A DNA stretch of 64,000 nucleotides from Octopus sinensis (GCF_006345805.1 NC_043002.1:69688001-69752000); one strand, 5' to 3'; positions 1-11,181 are shown, counted from the first letter of the stretch. A program made the numbers and translations. The notes: generated from the sequence alone by a model not told the origin.

Positions 1-115
1 TGCCTGGTGCACCCTTATCAGACGGGTAGTCAGTATGAGTATATTGGGCTTCGTATATTTATACCCCAGTGTCATTTTGATGGCATGGCACTGCTCTCTC
101 ACTCAATAATAATAT
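1..115 (+). mobile_element. 3' end of an interspersed repeat (family F, SINE-like or non-autonomous), TAA-type tail
   Basis: 1-110 aligns by eye with 36675-36785 (gtagtca..gggtatattggg..tcgtatattt..ccccagtgt..tttgatggcatg..gctctctcactcaat). Confidence 0.75.
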
Positions 116-119
116 TAAT

Positions 120-870
120 GGTTTTCTTCTGTCAGCATCATCATTATAGTTGCCGTGGTCGTCGTCATCATCATCATCATCATCATCGTCGTCGTCGTCG
201 TCGTTATCGTCATCATCATCCAAATTACATAAAGGGAGACTAATCCGATATTCCAATGTATTACTCTAGTTTTTATTATTCTTGTTTTTGTTTAGTTTTA
301 TTGTTCTCCAATAGATACAAATATATATGAGTTGATCGATGATGCTGGCTCTGATGCTGCTCGTGCTGCTGCTGATGATGATTTAAACGATAATGATACT
401 GAAGATGATGGTGGTTGTAGTGGGGATGATGATGACAATGATGATGGAGATTATGTGAAGAGGAAGGAGAAGAAGAAGAAGAAGAAGAGGACGACGATGG
501 CGATGCTGACGATGACAATGGCGATATGCAGCGATAAAGATGATGACAACGACGCTAAGGATGATGATGCTGATGACAATGAAGATGTGCAAAGATGAGG
601 ATGGTGACAAGGACCATGACAAGGAAGATGAAGATGATGATGATGATAATAATGATGATGAAAACGGTAATGATGATAATGATGATGGCGACGACGACGA
701 TAATGATGATGGTGATGATAACACGACAATGATGTTGAAGGATAATGATGATGATGATGATGATGATAATGACGGTGATGATAATGATGACGATGACGAC
801 GACGATAAAGATGACGACGGCGATGACAATGATGATGATGACAACGATGATGATGGTGATGATGATTATA
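120..870. repeat. Degenerate trinucleotide low-complexity blocks: (CAT/CGT)n at ~140-220 and (GAT/GAC)n at ~335-870
   Basis: Visible directly; these blocks generate the poly-D/H/S/M ORFs in the track. Confidence 0.95.
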
Positions 871-927
871 AAAATGTCACTACTAAATATGCGCGCACGC
901 GTGTTTGTGTGTGTGTGTTTGTGTGTG

Positions 928-958
<31 letters not shown>

Positions 959-1739
959 AGGCGTTAGAAATTGTGCATGTGTGTGAATAGCATATATACG
1001 GGAATAATATACGTGTGTACGTGTACAGAACACACATTACATACAAACGACACACATACACACACATCTTTATTCTCACACATCCAACACAACACACACA
1101 CACACACACACGCATTTTCATACACTCACACATACTGGTACAGACATGTCTTACAATGCAAAAATCAACACATCCTTTATAAGACATACGCCACAAATTC
1201 CGCGACTCGGCTAGAAATAAAAAAAAAAAAACGGAAAAGAGAGAAGGGTGGAGTTTGGCTAAAAAGCACTCAGAGAGAATTATGAGACAGTTTCTCTTTA
1301 AGTGTAGTGGCGGTGGTGGTGGTGGTGATAGTGGTGAGGGCATGGAAGAGAAAGTAAGTGAAAGAGAGAGATAGGAGAGGGGAGAGTAAGAAAGAGAGGT
1401 GGGATACAAGGGGTGGTGGTGGTGTTTGGTGGTGCCATTCATGGTGGTGGTGCTGGGTCTGTTGGTTAAGAAGCTGCTGCCGATTGCGGTGGTGGTGGTG
1501 GTGATTGTAGCTGCTGCGGCAGTTAAGGTATATAGGACAGCTGTTCTTTCTTGCGCCGTTCCTCCCGCATGTGAAAGTAAAGCTACTTTATAGTGAATTT
1601 CGTTGTTATCGACTAGTTGCGCCTGGCACCAGTATTTATTACATCTCACAAAGTGCGTGTATATATAAATATATGTACACGTATGTATATATGTGTATAT
1701 GTACACACACGTACGTGTATATATGTATGTACGTGTGTG

Positions 1740-1777
<38 letters not shown>

Positions 1778-2449
1778 TATATTTATATGTATATGCATAT
1801 ATGTAAACATACATACACACACACATACATACATACATAGATATGAACGGTGCTTAGTTTAATGGAAGTGGTGGCTGTGGTGGGTTATGTCAGATGATGG
1901 TGACGGGGGTAGCGTGGTACAAGGAAGCGATGCTGCAAGAGAGCTGGCGTTGATGTTGGTGGTGTTGGTGTTGGTGGTGGTAGTGTTGTTGTTGTTGTTG
2001 TTGTTGTTGTGGTGGTGGTGGTGGTGGTGGTGGTGGCGAAAAGTCTGGAGACTGGGAGTGATTAAAAGAGAGAAAGAGAGAGAGAGAGTGAGAGAGAGAG
2101 ACAGAGAGAGAGACAGAGAGAGAGAGAGACAGAGAGAGAGAGAGAGATTGTATACAGTATTAATGAAAGCGATGTGTTGGTGATTTTTATCAAATACCTG
2201 ACATAAGACATTATCCCCTCTCTATTCCATCGTCGTCGACCCCCTTCGACTTCATCCATTCTGTACCCTACTTCCCTACTAAAATGTATCCCTTACTTTT
2301 CTTCTTCTTGTTGTGTATTCTTTTTTCTTATTTGTGAACCCTAAACAAACCGACGCACTAAATTCATGTAATTTTTCAGCCATTGTGTCATAATTTTGTC
2401 AGCTAGAGTAAAACATGAATACATTTAAATAATAGTTCTTTCTACTAAC

Positions 2450-2625
2450 AGGTTCAAGGCAGTGGGGTGCTAGACGATTACCTCGACCCCAGTACGCAAC
2501 TGGTACTTATTTTATCGACCGGAATAGGATGAATGGCAGACTCGGCCTTGGTGGAATTTGAACCCAAAATGTAAAGCCGGAAGAAATGAGTATTTTTCCG
2601 GCGTGCTAACAATTTTGCCAGCTCG
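2450..2625 (-). mobile_element. SINE family B fragment (tRNA-derived)
   Basis: Contains cagtacgcaactggtactt..ttatcgacc..gaatttgaac..cggcgtgctaac, matching other family B copies in the window. Confidence 0.8.
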
Positions 2626-2701
2626 TTTGTTCGTACCCACACACACACGCGCGCATAACAGTAGAATTTGGTAAACAAAAACGCATACATGCATAAATAC
2701 A

Positions 2702-2777
<76 letters not shown>

Positions 2778-2867
2778 CACGTACGTATGTGTATATACAT
2801 GAATCTGTAAGTGTGTGTATTTATATTTATTGGTGTATATGTATAGACTAGCCTTCTAAGAGTGTAG

Positions 2868-2898
<31 letters not shown>

Positions 2899-2919
2899 CG
2901 TGTACATATATATATATAC

Positions 2920-3115
2920 ACACCAGAGTAAGCACATAAATGTGAAACAAGGTGGAAAAAATAGTACTCAAATACCAGAGGTAGAGTAGTATGCTTAATT
3001 AATAAAGCTGCAATGACATCACAAAAACTGTTACTCAGAGTTTCTTAAGCAGCAAAAGTCTCAGAAACTCCGAGTAACAGCTTTTGTGATGCTTTTGCAG
3101 CTTTATTAATAAACT
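2920..3115. mobile_element. Small fold-back element (Penelope-pLTR-like) in (TA)n, with a half hammerhead
   Basis: Inverted arms 2998-3044 and 3064-3110 match at 42/47; GAAA-CTC-c-GAG-TA at 3064-3076. Confidence 0.55.
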
Positions 3116-3128
3116 ATATATATATATA

Positions 3129-3648
3129 CCGTAAATCCTCGAGTATAGTCCGCCCTTGAGTATAATACGCAGGGGATAGTTGGGGGCTGTATCTCTGAAA
3201 AACCTAAACCTTGTGAATAACACTCACCCCTTCTCTAACTTGAGTCAAGGAGGTCTATATAAAGTCCTTGGTTTGTAAAAATGTATACGGTAACGTCCTT
3301 TATTATTATTGAATATATAACATAATGCAAACGTGTAGCTTTTTTGTGCATTTTGTTTGCAGAAAATAAAGAAATAACAGTAATAACAGTAATAACGTTT
3401 AATAAATGTTGCTTACTGCAAGTTATGGATGATTCTTTTATGACTTCATTGCTTTCAGGCTTAGCTTAAGGTATTTTCGCGCCCGACATCACAAAATGCG
3501 TCTGAATAAACATTGCCGGACAGCAAATAGAGACTCGGACATTACTTAGAAAATATTTTTAATTTTTAACCTCGTATATAGAACGCACTAGGGATTTTGA
3601 CTTTTAAATTTTGGGAAAAAAATGCGGATTATACTCGAGGATAAACGG
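3129..3648. mobile_element. pogo/Tigger-like (Tc1-mariner) MITE
   Basis: TIRs CCGTAAATCCTCGAGTATAGTCCGC / GCGGATTATACTCGAGGATAAACGG; TA dinucleotide on both flanks. Confidence 0.85.
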
Positions 3649-3904
3649 TATGTGTGTGTGTGTGTGCGGTGTGTGTGTGTGCGTGTGTGTGTGTGTGCGT
3701 GTGTGTGTGTGCGTGTGTGTGTGAAGAGAACATTCATTTGTAAAGAAAATTTCGAGGATCAATCGCTCAAACATGTTTCGCTCAGGCACTTAGTCGTGGC
3801 AAATCAAAGACATATCTATTCGGTTGGTACCCGCACGGTCGAGATCTTGAAGGACTTCATTTAGAGTATGACTGAGAAATAGACTAAATAACATTATGAT
3901 AGTA

Positions 3905-4680
3905 ATCTTTTCTGCTCTAGGTACAAGGCCCGAAATTTTAGGGAAAGGGGCCAGTCGATTACATCGACTCCAGTACGCAACTGCTACTGAATTCATCGAC
4001 CCCGAAAGGATGAAAGGCAAAGTTGACCTCGGCGGAATTTGAACTCAGAACATAAAGACAGACGAAATACCTATTTTTTTACTACCCTCAAGGGGCTAAA
4101 CACAGAGAGGACAAACAAGGACAGACAAATAGATTAAGTCGATTATATCGATCCCAGTGTGTAACTGGTACTTATTTAATCGACCCTGAAAGGATGAAAG
4201 GCAAAGTCGACTTCGGCGGAATTTGAACTCAGAACGTAGCGGCAGACGAAATACCACAAAGCATTTTGCCCGGCGTGCTAACGTTTCTTATTTCTTTACT
4301 GTCGACAAGGGGCTACACACAGAGGGGACAAACAAGGACAGACAAAGGGATTAAGTGGATTATGTCGACCCCAGTGCGTATCTGCTACTTTTTTTATCGA
4401 CCCCGAAAGGATGAAAGGCAAAGTTGACCTCGGCAGAATTTGAACTCAGAATGTAAAGACAGACGAAATACCTATTTCTTTAGGACAAACAAGGACAGAC
4501 AAACGGATTAAGTCGATTACATCGACCCCAGTGCGTAACTACTACTTAATTTATCGACTCCGAAAAGATGAAAGACAAAGACGACCTCGGCGGAATTTGA
4601 ACTCAGAACGTAAAGGCAGATAAAATACCACTAAGCATTTCGCCCGGCGTGCTAACGTTTCTGCCAGATCGCTGCCTTAG
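3905..4680 (-). mobile_element. SINE family B head-to-tail concatemer (about 4 body units, one head)
   Basis: Repeated units atcgacccc..gaaaggatgaaaggcaaagt(c/t)gacctcggcggaatttgaactcagaacgt; head near 4640-4680. Confidence 0.9.
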
Positions 4681-5149
4681 TAATTAACCAATATTGTACC
4701 TATAATAGTTTTTCTTTTGTCTACTATAGAGAGATAACAGGGTAACGCCGTTTGTAGGAGCGATTGGGTACGTGAAAGGGGAGCGTAAAGTATAATATCT
4801 GAATAAATCAGTGGACACTAAGCTAAGAGAAGTTAATATACGTCAAAGCACTTATGAACAAAGCAAGAGAGACTAAACACGTAAAAGAAAGTAACAATTG
4901 AGAAATGAACACGAAAAGATGAAAAGCTGAGGCAATGTGAAAAGGTTAGATTTTAATAGATTACATGAAATGTTAGGAAACCCCCCGAAGTAGAAACTTT
5001 GGGGCAATGCAGAAATATCCAAAAACAACGACAAAAAATTATTTTCCTTTTCTTGTCTTTTAAATTCAAAAAATCCTTCAAAATTCTCTTTTTTGGACAA
5101 TATAGAAATTACCAAAGCCTGATGATTTTAAGATCGATCGATCGATCAA

Positions 5150-5174
5150 TAGATAGATAGACAGACAGACAGAC

Positions 5175-5255
<81 letters not shown>
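5150..5255. repeat. (GATA/GACA)n microsatellite
   Basis: Visible directly. Confidence 0.95.
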
Positions 5256-5256
<1 letters not shown>

Positions 5257-5380
5257 CTTTCTTTCTTGGCTGAGGGGACAAATACAAATGTAGAGCTTTT
5301 CTTTCTGAAAATGAAAAAGAAAAAGGAAAAAAAGGGAACAAAATAAAATTCCGATCAAAAGGGAACGGAAAAAAAAGCGA
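5256..5380 (-). mobile_element. Short 3'-UTR fragment of the Tx1-like LINE family
   Basis: The minus strand contains CCTTTTGATCG and AAAGAAAAGCTCTAC, exact matches to the LINE 3' UTR at ~49605-49680. Confidence 0.7.
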
Positions 5381-5384
5381 TCTA

Positions 5385-5691
5385 GAAGGATGAAATGCAA
5401 AGTTGACCTCGGCGGAATTTGAACTCAGAACGTAGCGGCAGACGAAATACCTATTTCTTTACTACCCACAAGGAGCTAAATATAGAGAGGACAAACAAGG
5501 ACAGACAAAGGGATTAAGTCGATTATATCGACTCTAGTGCGTAACTGGTACTTATTTAATCGACCCTGAAAGGATGAAAGGCAAAGTCGACCTCTGCGGA
5601 ATTTGAACTCAGAACGTAACGGCAGAAGAAATACCGCTAAGCATTTTGCCCGGCGTGCTAACGTTTCTGCCACAGACAGTGAGATAGGCAG
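5385..5691 (-). mobile_element. SINE family B (head + body + partial second body)
   Basis: Same motifs as 3905-4680. Confidence 0.9.
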
Positions 5692-5694
5692 ACA

Positions 5695-5697
5695 GAC

Positions 5698-5782
<85 letters not shown>
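5695..5782. repeat. (GATA)n microsatellite
   Basis: Visible directly. Confidence 0.95.
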
Positions 5783-5783
<1 letters not shown>

Positions 5784-6361
5784 GACCTACTAGTGGCGTG
5801 TGGTCTGCGTATAGCCTTGTTGCTAGTTCTTTGGTTAACTATAACCTAACTAAACATACGTTAAGTTACCAGCATATCAGTACATTATCTGCAGAAAGTC
5901 ATGCTTCAGCAATTTTTCAAACTTTTTTTTATAACTGGTTTGAACCTATGGTTCTGAAGCCATTTTTAATCTATAGACCCCTTTCATTCCTATTTTACTC
6001 GGGTAGCTTCTCATAGCCATCGGATGTTTAAAAATATACTATTATATTTCTATAATTAAATATTACTCTCTTTACTCTTTTGCTTGTATCAGCCGTTTGA
6101 CTGGGGCCATGCTGGAGCACTGCCTTTATTTGAACAAATCGACCCCAGGACTTATTCTTTGTAAGCCTAGAACTTATTCTATCCTTATCTTTTGCCGAAC
6201 CGCTAAGTTACGGAGACGTAAACACACCAGCATCGGTTGTCAAGCGATGTTGGGGGGACACACAAACATACACACACACACATATATATGTATGTATATC
6301 GTCTTCTAAGAGTTATACGTTCTTGTCCATGTTGTATTTTTCTACATACCTTAACATATAT

Positions 6362-6404
<43 letters not shown>

Positions 6405-6409
6405 TAATA

Positions 6410-6724
6410 AATATTAGGGAATAAATCCAAATTTACAAGGAAAAATCAGATTAAAATTGAATCCAATTTTATAGTAAAAAATTATATTATAATAAATTAG
6501 AGACAAAACCACTATTATGCAAATCAATAGTTTATAACTCATAGTTTATAAATCATAGTTTATAACTCGCTAAGAAGGTTTAGAAACCACCTGAAGAATG
6601 TCTAAGATGTGCTGACACGAAACGATCGTAGTGGTTATTCATTTGTTAAATTTTAATTTATATAAATTATTTTATGTATTGGCTTAAGTCTTTCTTTGCA
6701 TAATAGTGGTTTTGTCTCTAATTT

Positions 6725-6735
<11 letters not shown>
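6410..6735. mobile_element. Penelope-pLTR-like fold-back element
   Basis: 41-bp perfect inverted repeat 6483-6523 / 6695-6735; 14-mer x3 at 6527-6568; hammerhead between the arms; (TA)n on both sides. Confidence 0.7.
6585..6636 (+). ncRNA. Type I hammerhead ribozyme (minimal, palindromic stem III)
   Basis: AACCAC-CTGAAGA-aTGTC..GACAc-GAAA-CGATCG-TA-GTGGTT: 6-bp stem I, intact core, 4-bp stem II with an A.C closing mismatch, GUA cleavage triplet. Confidence 0.75.
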
Positions 6736-6814
<79 letters not shown>

Positions 6815-8459
6815 TATATACGTCGGGCTTCTTTCAGTTTCCGTCTACCAAATCCACTCACAAGGCTTTGGTCGGCCCGAGTCTATAGTAGAAGACACTT
6901 GCAGTGGGACTGAACGCGGAACCATGTGGTTGGTAAGCAAGCTACTGCCAACATATTTTGTACATAGTAAAAGTATAATCAAATTATTACTCAAAATTGT
7001 TAACAAAATCTCCAAGGGTCATGTGGACCCCGATTGAGAACCAAATGTTTTAAACTATGGTAATGGTGGCATCATTGAATTCATCAAGCATGGTCTCCTA
7101 GGAGCTGAGCAAGATACCGTGGAACATACTGATAATCTCAAGGCTTACTGCTTACTAAAGCAATCTGCCTGACGACGTTCTCGATATCTTCTAATGATGG
7201 TTGGTATGTCAAGTTAATCAGATGATGGGTGAAATGAGAACTGCTCCAAAACAGCTGGGTCAACAGTGGAAGATAAGGCGTTGTGTAGCTACAGATCAGC
7301 TCTGATCGAGCAAAACATCTAGGTGCGGCACAGATTCTGGATATACAATACTTCCGCCAGGTTGTTTTGACATGTGGTTAATTGTACATAATGCTTGCTA
7401 CAATCTGGGCATATCGTACTAACAAATTTGTTAATGTCGTTGTTGTTTTGTGCCAAGTCAGCCTTGGCTGAATATGATCAAAGCCGTTCCACTGTAAAAA
7501 AAAGAAAAAAAAAAAAAGAAAGAAACAGGGTATGATTTGAGAGAAAATTGGCTTCTAACAGGCTCATTAAGTACGTAGACTTAGAGTCTCCATCGTTGGC
7601 TCATCATCTTTTTGCTTGCTGATGTTGTTCAAGCCAAGATCAGCTCAGATCAATTACACTTACGACCGAATGACATTCTTACTGTGACCATCTAATCTTT
7701 TCTTTCCATACTCCGACAATGTGCTCAAGATCAAATTACTGAATGTGTCCTCTTCTTAAAAATCGATAGCCAGATGATTTGAAGGAAGTTTGACTACTAT
7801 TTCTAGCATATCGAAATTTCTTCGCTGATGAGGACCCTAGATTTTGTTTGTGACTACAAGGAAAATGAATAAGGCTGAATTTCTATGCATTTCTTATAGT
7901 TTGCATGCATCTCAGCATTGTGTCTGAATAGAGGTTAATGAGGCTATTCACGCTGAGGTTATTTCTGTGTGATTGCATATCAATAGAATACCGGATCAGA
8001 TACATCGTAGTATCAGGGTTCAACGTCTACACTCCTCAAATTTGCCTTGCGTCACTCCGAAAGCAATTAACATTAAAACCTACAATGCACCAGTCATTTA
8101 CTGGTGTCGATTTAAGCACTTACACTGCCTTCTTACAAATTTGTGCACTTTTGTGAAATGAAGCTTGGTAATGCAATAAATGACTATAGTATATTTGTAT
8201 ATGCTGCCCTGGAATTCTATGCCAAAATTCTGGGAGCCAGATGGAGATCAAAAGTGTTTTAACTGCTCTCAAGGGAGTGCGACGTATCCATTACGAATGA
8301 GAGGGTTTCTTTCCTTCTAATTATCTCAAACACCCCTAATACATGTATGTTGGTTGGTATCTGTCTGCGTGAGTAAGATTGTATGCATGTGCATGTGTGT
8401 TTGTGTGTGTGTGTATTGTGTGTATTTGTTGGTATTTGCGAATGAGTGAATGAATGAGT

Positions 8460-8465
8460 ATGTGT

Positions 8466-8535
<70 letters not shown>
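8460..8535. repeat. (GT)n microsatellite
   Basis: Visible directly. Confidence 0.95.
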
Positions 8536-9114
8536 ATTTGAAACATTATGGCTTTCAGACATTAATACGCTTTGATGTTATTTTATATTTTTATTTTTAG
8601 AAAGTGTCCTTATTCTCAGCAGAAATTCTTGGCTCAGACATATCGTCGCTGTCATCCAGCTCTACTAGGATTCAACTCTATTATATCATGACTGTTATGA
8701 TTTAACTCTCTAATTCAATTATGATATGACTTGTTTCTAGTCTACTTCTAATACAGCCGAACCGTACTTTGATCGAAGTCTGACTCACGATTTCTCAATG
8801 GTCCACTATTAACATTATGATACAAGCATGGTAGATTGTTATGATGTTTACCGAGGTTAGAATCATTCTCTACTTTACCAATGTAACAGATTGCCGAGAC
8901 GAAGAAGCCTGTATATCATCGCTCAGCCAGCTGGAATAACAACCTAATCTTCTTCAAATTAGATACCATTGCCTTTAAAACGTACATACCGAATAATGTA
9001 GTTCTGGATTCTTAGACACAGGAAAAAGACAAAAATGACCATGGCTGGAAAACCTTTTGAGTGAAGGTTTGGTTGATCATAATACATAACTAAACAGCAA
9101 CAACAGCAGCAGTT

Positions 9115-9470
9115 GAGGCGCAATGGCCCAGTGGTTAGGGCAGCGGACTCGCGGTCTTAAGAACGCAGTTTCGATTACCAGACCTGGCATTGTGAGTGTT
9201 TATTGAGCAAAATCACCTAAGCTCCACGAGGTTCCGGCGGGGTGCGGGGTGAACTCCGCTGTACTCTTTCACCACAACTTTCTCTCACTCTTTCTTCCTA
9301 CTTCTGCCACAAAGCAGAGGAACCATGGTGTAACCAACTATGGGGTGGTAAACTTTCAGACCCTAGTCTAGATTGCGAATCCTCTGTACCCCAGGATGGT
9401 TCAGCTCTCCACCCGTTAAAAGCCACCGTTTACGGAATGAGGAAAACAACGTAGCTTTCGTGCGATTCGA
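9115..9470 (+). mobile_element. tRNA-derived SINE family C, composite variant
   Basis: A box TGGCCCAGTGG and B-box-like GTTTCGATTACC; second copy on the minus strand at 54280-54778. Confidence 0.85.
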
Positions 9471-9523
9471 ACTAGAAACTTTCACAGAGTGAGAGAGTCC
9501 GGAAGTGAACACTATTAAATTTA

Positions 9524-10029
9524 CATCTTATATAGGATAAGACTTTTCGAAAAAAATTTTAGCAATGGCCAGCATATTAAAAAATACCTTTAAAGGTTAA
9601 ATTTATAAATAACTTATAAAACGTGTCTCGAGATATGCTGAAGATTTTCTATTTTGGATATATTTGGGGTACTTAGGTCTGCTCATGACTTAGTGCTTGC
9701 TTTCTCCACGGGTATGAGTAAGTATTTCATTTATGTCTTACGTATTTATCGCTGACGAGGAGAAAATTCTTATGAATTAACTCTGAAATTGGGACCAATA
9801 CGGTAATAACGGAATTTTTTAGAAATTTCTGTCAGCTTGTTTCGAGACGCATTTTAATAGTGATAAATTATAATGGTTGTTGACAATTTGTCTATTTTCG
9901 GCATATTTGGCATTAGAATTTTTTCTTTTGCCCTTGTTTTATAAATTATTTATAAATCTAACCTTTAAAGGTATTTTTTAATATGCTGGCCATTGATAAA
10001 TTTTTTTCGAAAAAATTAATCCTATATAA

Positions 10030-10033
<4 letters not shown>
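9524..10033. mobile_element. Terminal-inverted-repeat/fold-back element containing a hammerhead
   Basis: About 100-bp inverted arms (CATCTTATATAGGAT.. / ..ATCCTATATAAGATG), TA on both sides, (TA)n at 10034-10116. Confidence 0.85.
9746..9806 (+). ncRNA. Type I hammerhead ribozyme
   Basis: TTATCG-CTGACGA-GGAG-aa-AATTC-ttat-GAATT-aa-CTCT-GAAA-TTGG-ga-CCAA-TA-CGGTAA: all three stems pair; AUA triplet at 9798-9800; G.U at the base of stem II. Confidence 0.8.
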
Positions 10034-10106
<73 letters not shown>

Positions 10107-10229
10107 TATATATATAGGTTCGAAGTAAGAGGATAAGAATTATAGGATTTTATGGAACTTCTCTGTAAAGGCTGACGATACTATTGAAGCAAAGAGTCAG
10201 ATATGATTAAGAACAAATGAAACAACCAG

Positions 10230-10625
10230 TGTAAAATCATAGATGCTGAGTTCAAATTCCACCGAGATCGACTTTGCTTTTCATCATTTTGGGGTCGATA
10301 AATTAAGTAGTTGTTGCGTACTGAGGTCGATCTAATCGACTGACCCCTTCCCCCAAAATTTCGGCCTTGTGCCTAGAGTAGAAAAGAATATAGAGAAAAG
10401 TTTAAGGCGGCGAACTTGCAAAAACGTTAGCACGCCGGGCGAAATGCTTAGCGGTCTTTCGCCTGTCTTTATGTTCTGATTTCAAATTCCGCCGAGGTTG
10501 ACTTTGCCTTTCATCCTTTTGGAATCGATAAATTAAGTTCTAGTTGCGTACCAGGGTCGATCCAATCGACTGACCCTCCCCCCTCTCCCAAAAGTTCGGG
10601 CCTTGTGCCTAGAGTAGAAAAGAAT
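10230..10625 (+). mobile_element. Two tandem SINE family B copies with the alternative tail (..gggccttgtgcctagagtagaaaagaat)
   Basis: Repeated body and tail at 10245-10390 and 10405-10625. Confidence 0.85.
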
Positions 10626-10639
10626 ATCATATACTTTAT

Positions 10640-10945
10640 AACTGAGTGGATACGAAAGACATTGAAACAGTTTTAAAATATCAGGACCCGGTTAAACAGT
10701 TGAAGAGATTGTAGAAGACGAAGACAACAATTATTCTTGTAGTAATTGATGCACTTGGCATAATACCCAAACTGCTATCTATGAGGCTGAGGAATATTGG
10801 AATTGGTACTCGTGCAGACAAATGCAATCCTGTATTTGGCAGGAATCTTAAGAAAGATTTTTGAGATTAAAGATTTGCTGTCACAAAACCTCAAGACAAT
10901 ATCCCTGATAATATAGCATGTTATAGTTAAGATATTAATAATAAT
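10640..10945 (+). mobile_element. R4/Dong-like non-LTR 3' relic (restriction-like endonuclease C-terminus)
   Basis: Degenerate translation ..KYQD..LKRL*KTKTTIILVVIDALGIIPK.L..RLRNIGI..GILRKIFEI; ORF end and UTR resemble 57790-57860; TAA tail. Confidence 0.6.
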
Positions 10946-11134
10946 GTTTTCTTGATTTCTCATTTAAGCACAATCCCAATTATAAAGTGTGTTTCAGGGT
11001 CTGGATACAGTCGGTCGCTATAGGTGATCTAATAATCATCTGGTTGCTGTATCATCGACACTGGAAGAACGAAAGCCAAATTCAGGCCCACGTCCGGCGG
11101 GATTTCGAAATCAGAAGCAACACAGCAAGGTATT

Positions 11135-11144
<10 letters not shown>

Positions 11145-11181
<37 letters not shown>

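Larger units (their letters stand above)
6066..6945 (-). mobile_element. SINE family A, split in its central microsatellite by nested fold-back element(s)
   Basis: 3' half at 6066-6300 (gctggagcac..gtcaagcgatgttggggg) and 5' half at 6820-6945 (cgtcgggcttctttcagtttccgtctaccaaatcc..aaccatgtggttggtaagc); compare the intact copy at 58473-58875. Confidence 0.85.

Noticed and set aside
7-2971. Long ORFs in the track (e.g. 555-1706, 540-986, 383-844)
   Set aside because: They are translations of GAT, GT, TA and GGT repeats with no domain signal.
3905-4680. CRISPR-like repeat-spacer array
   Set aside because: Units are ~200-bp SINE bodies without unique spacers, there are no cas genes, and the context is eukaryotic.
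7815-7870. CTGATGAG hammerhead core
   Set aside because: No stem II/GAAA/stem III arrangement downstream.
9115-9185. tRNA gene candidates at SINE heads (also 52300-52372, 54710-54778, 58473-58540)
   Set aside because: A and B boxes are present, but I could not fold a full cloverleaf and each continues into a SINE body.
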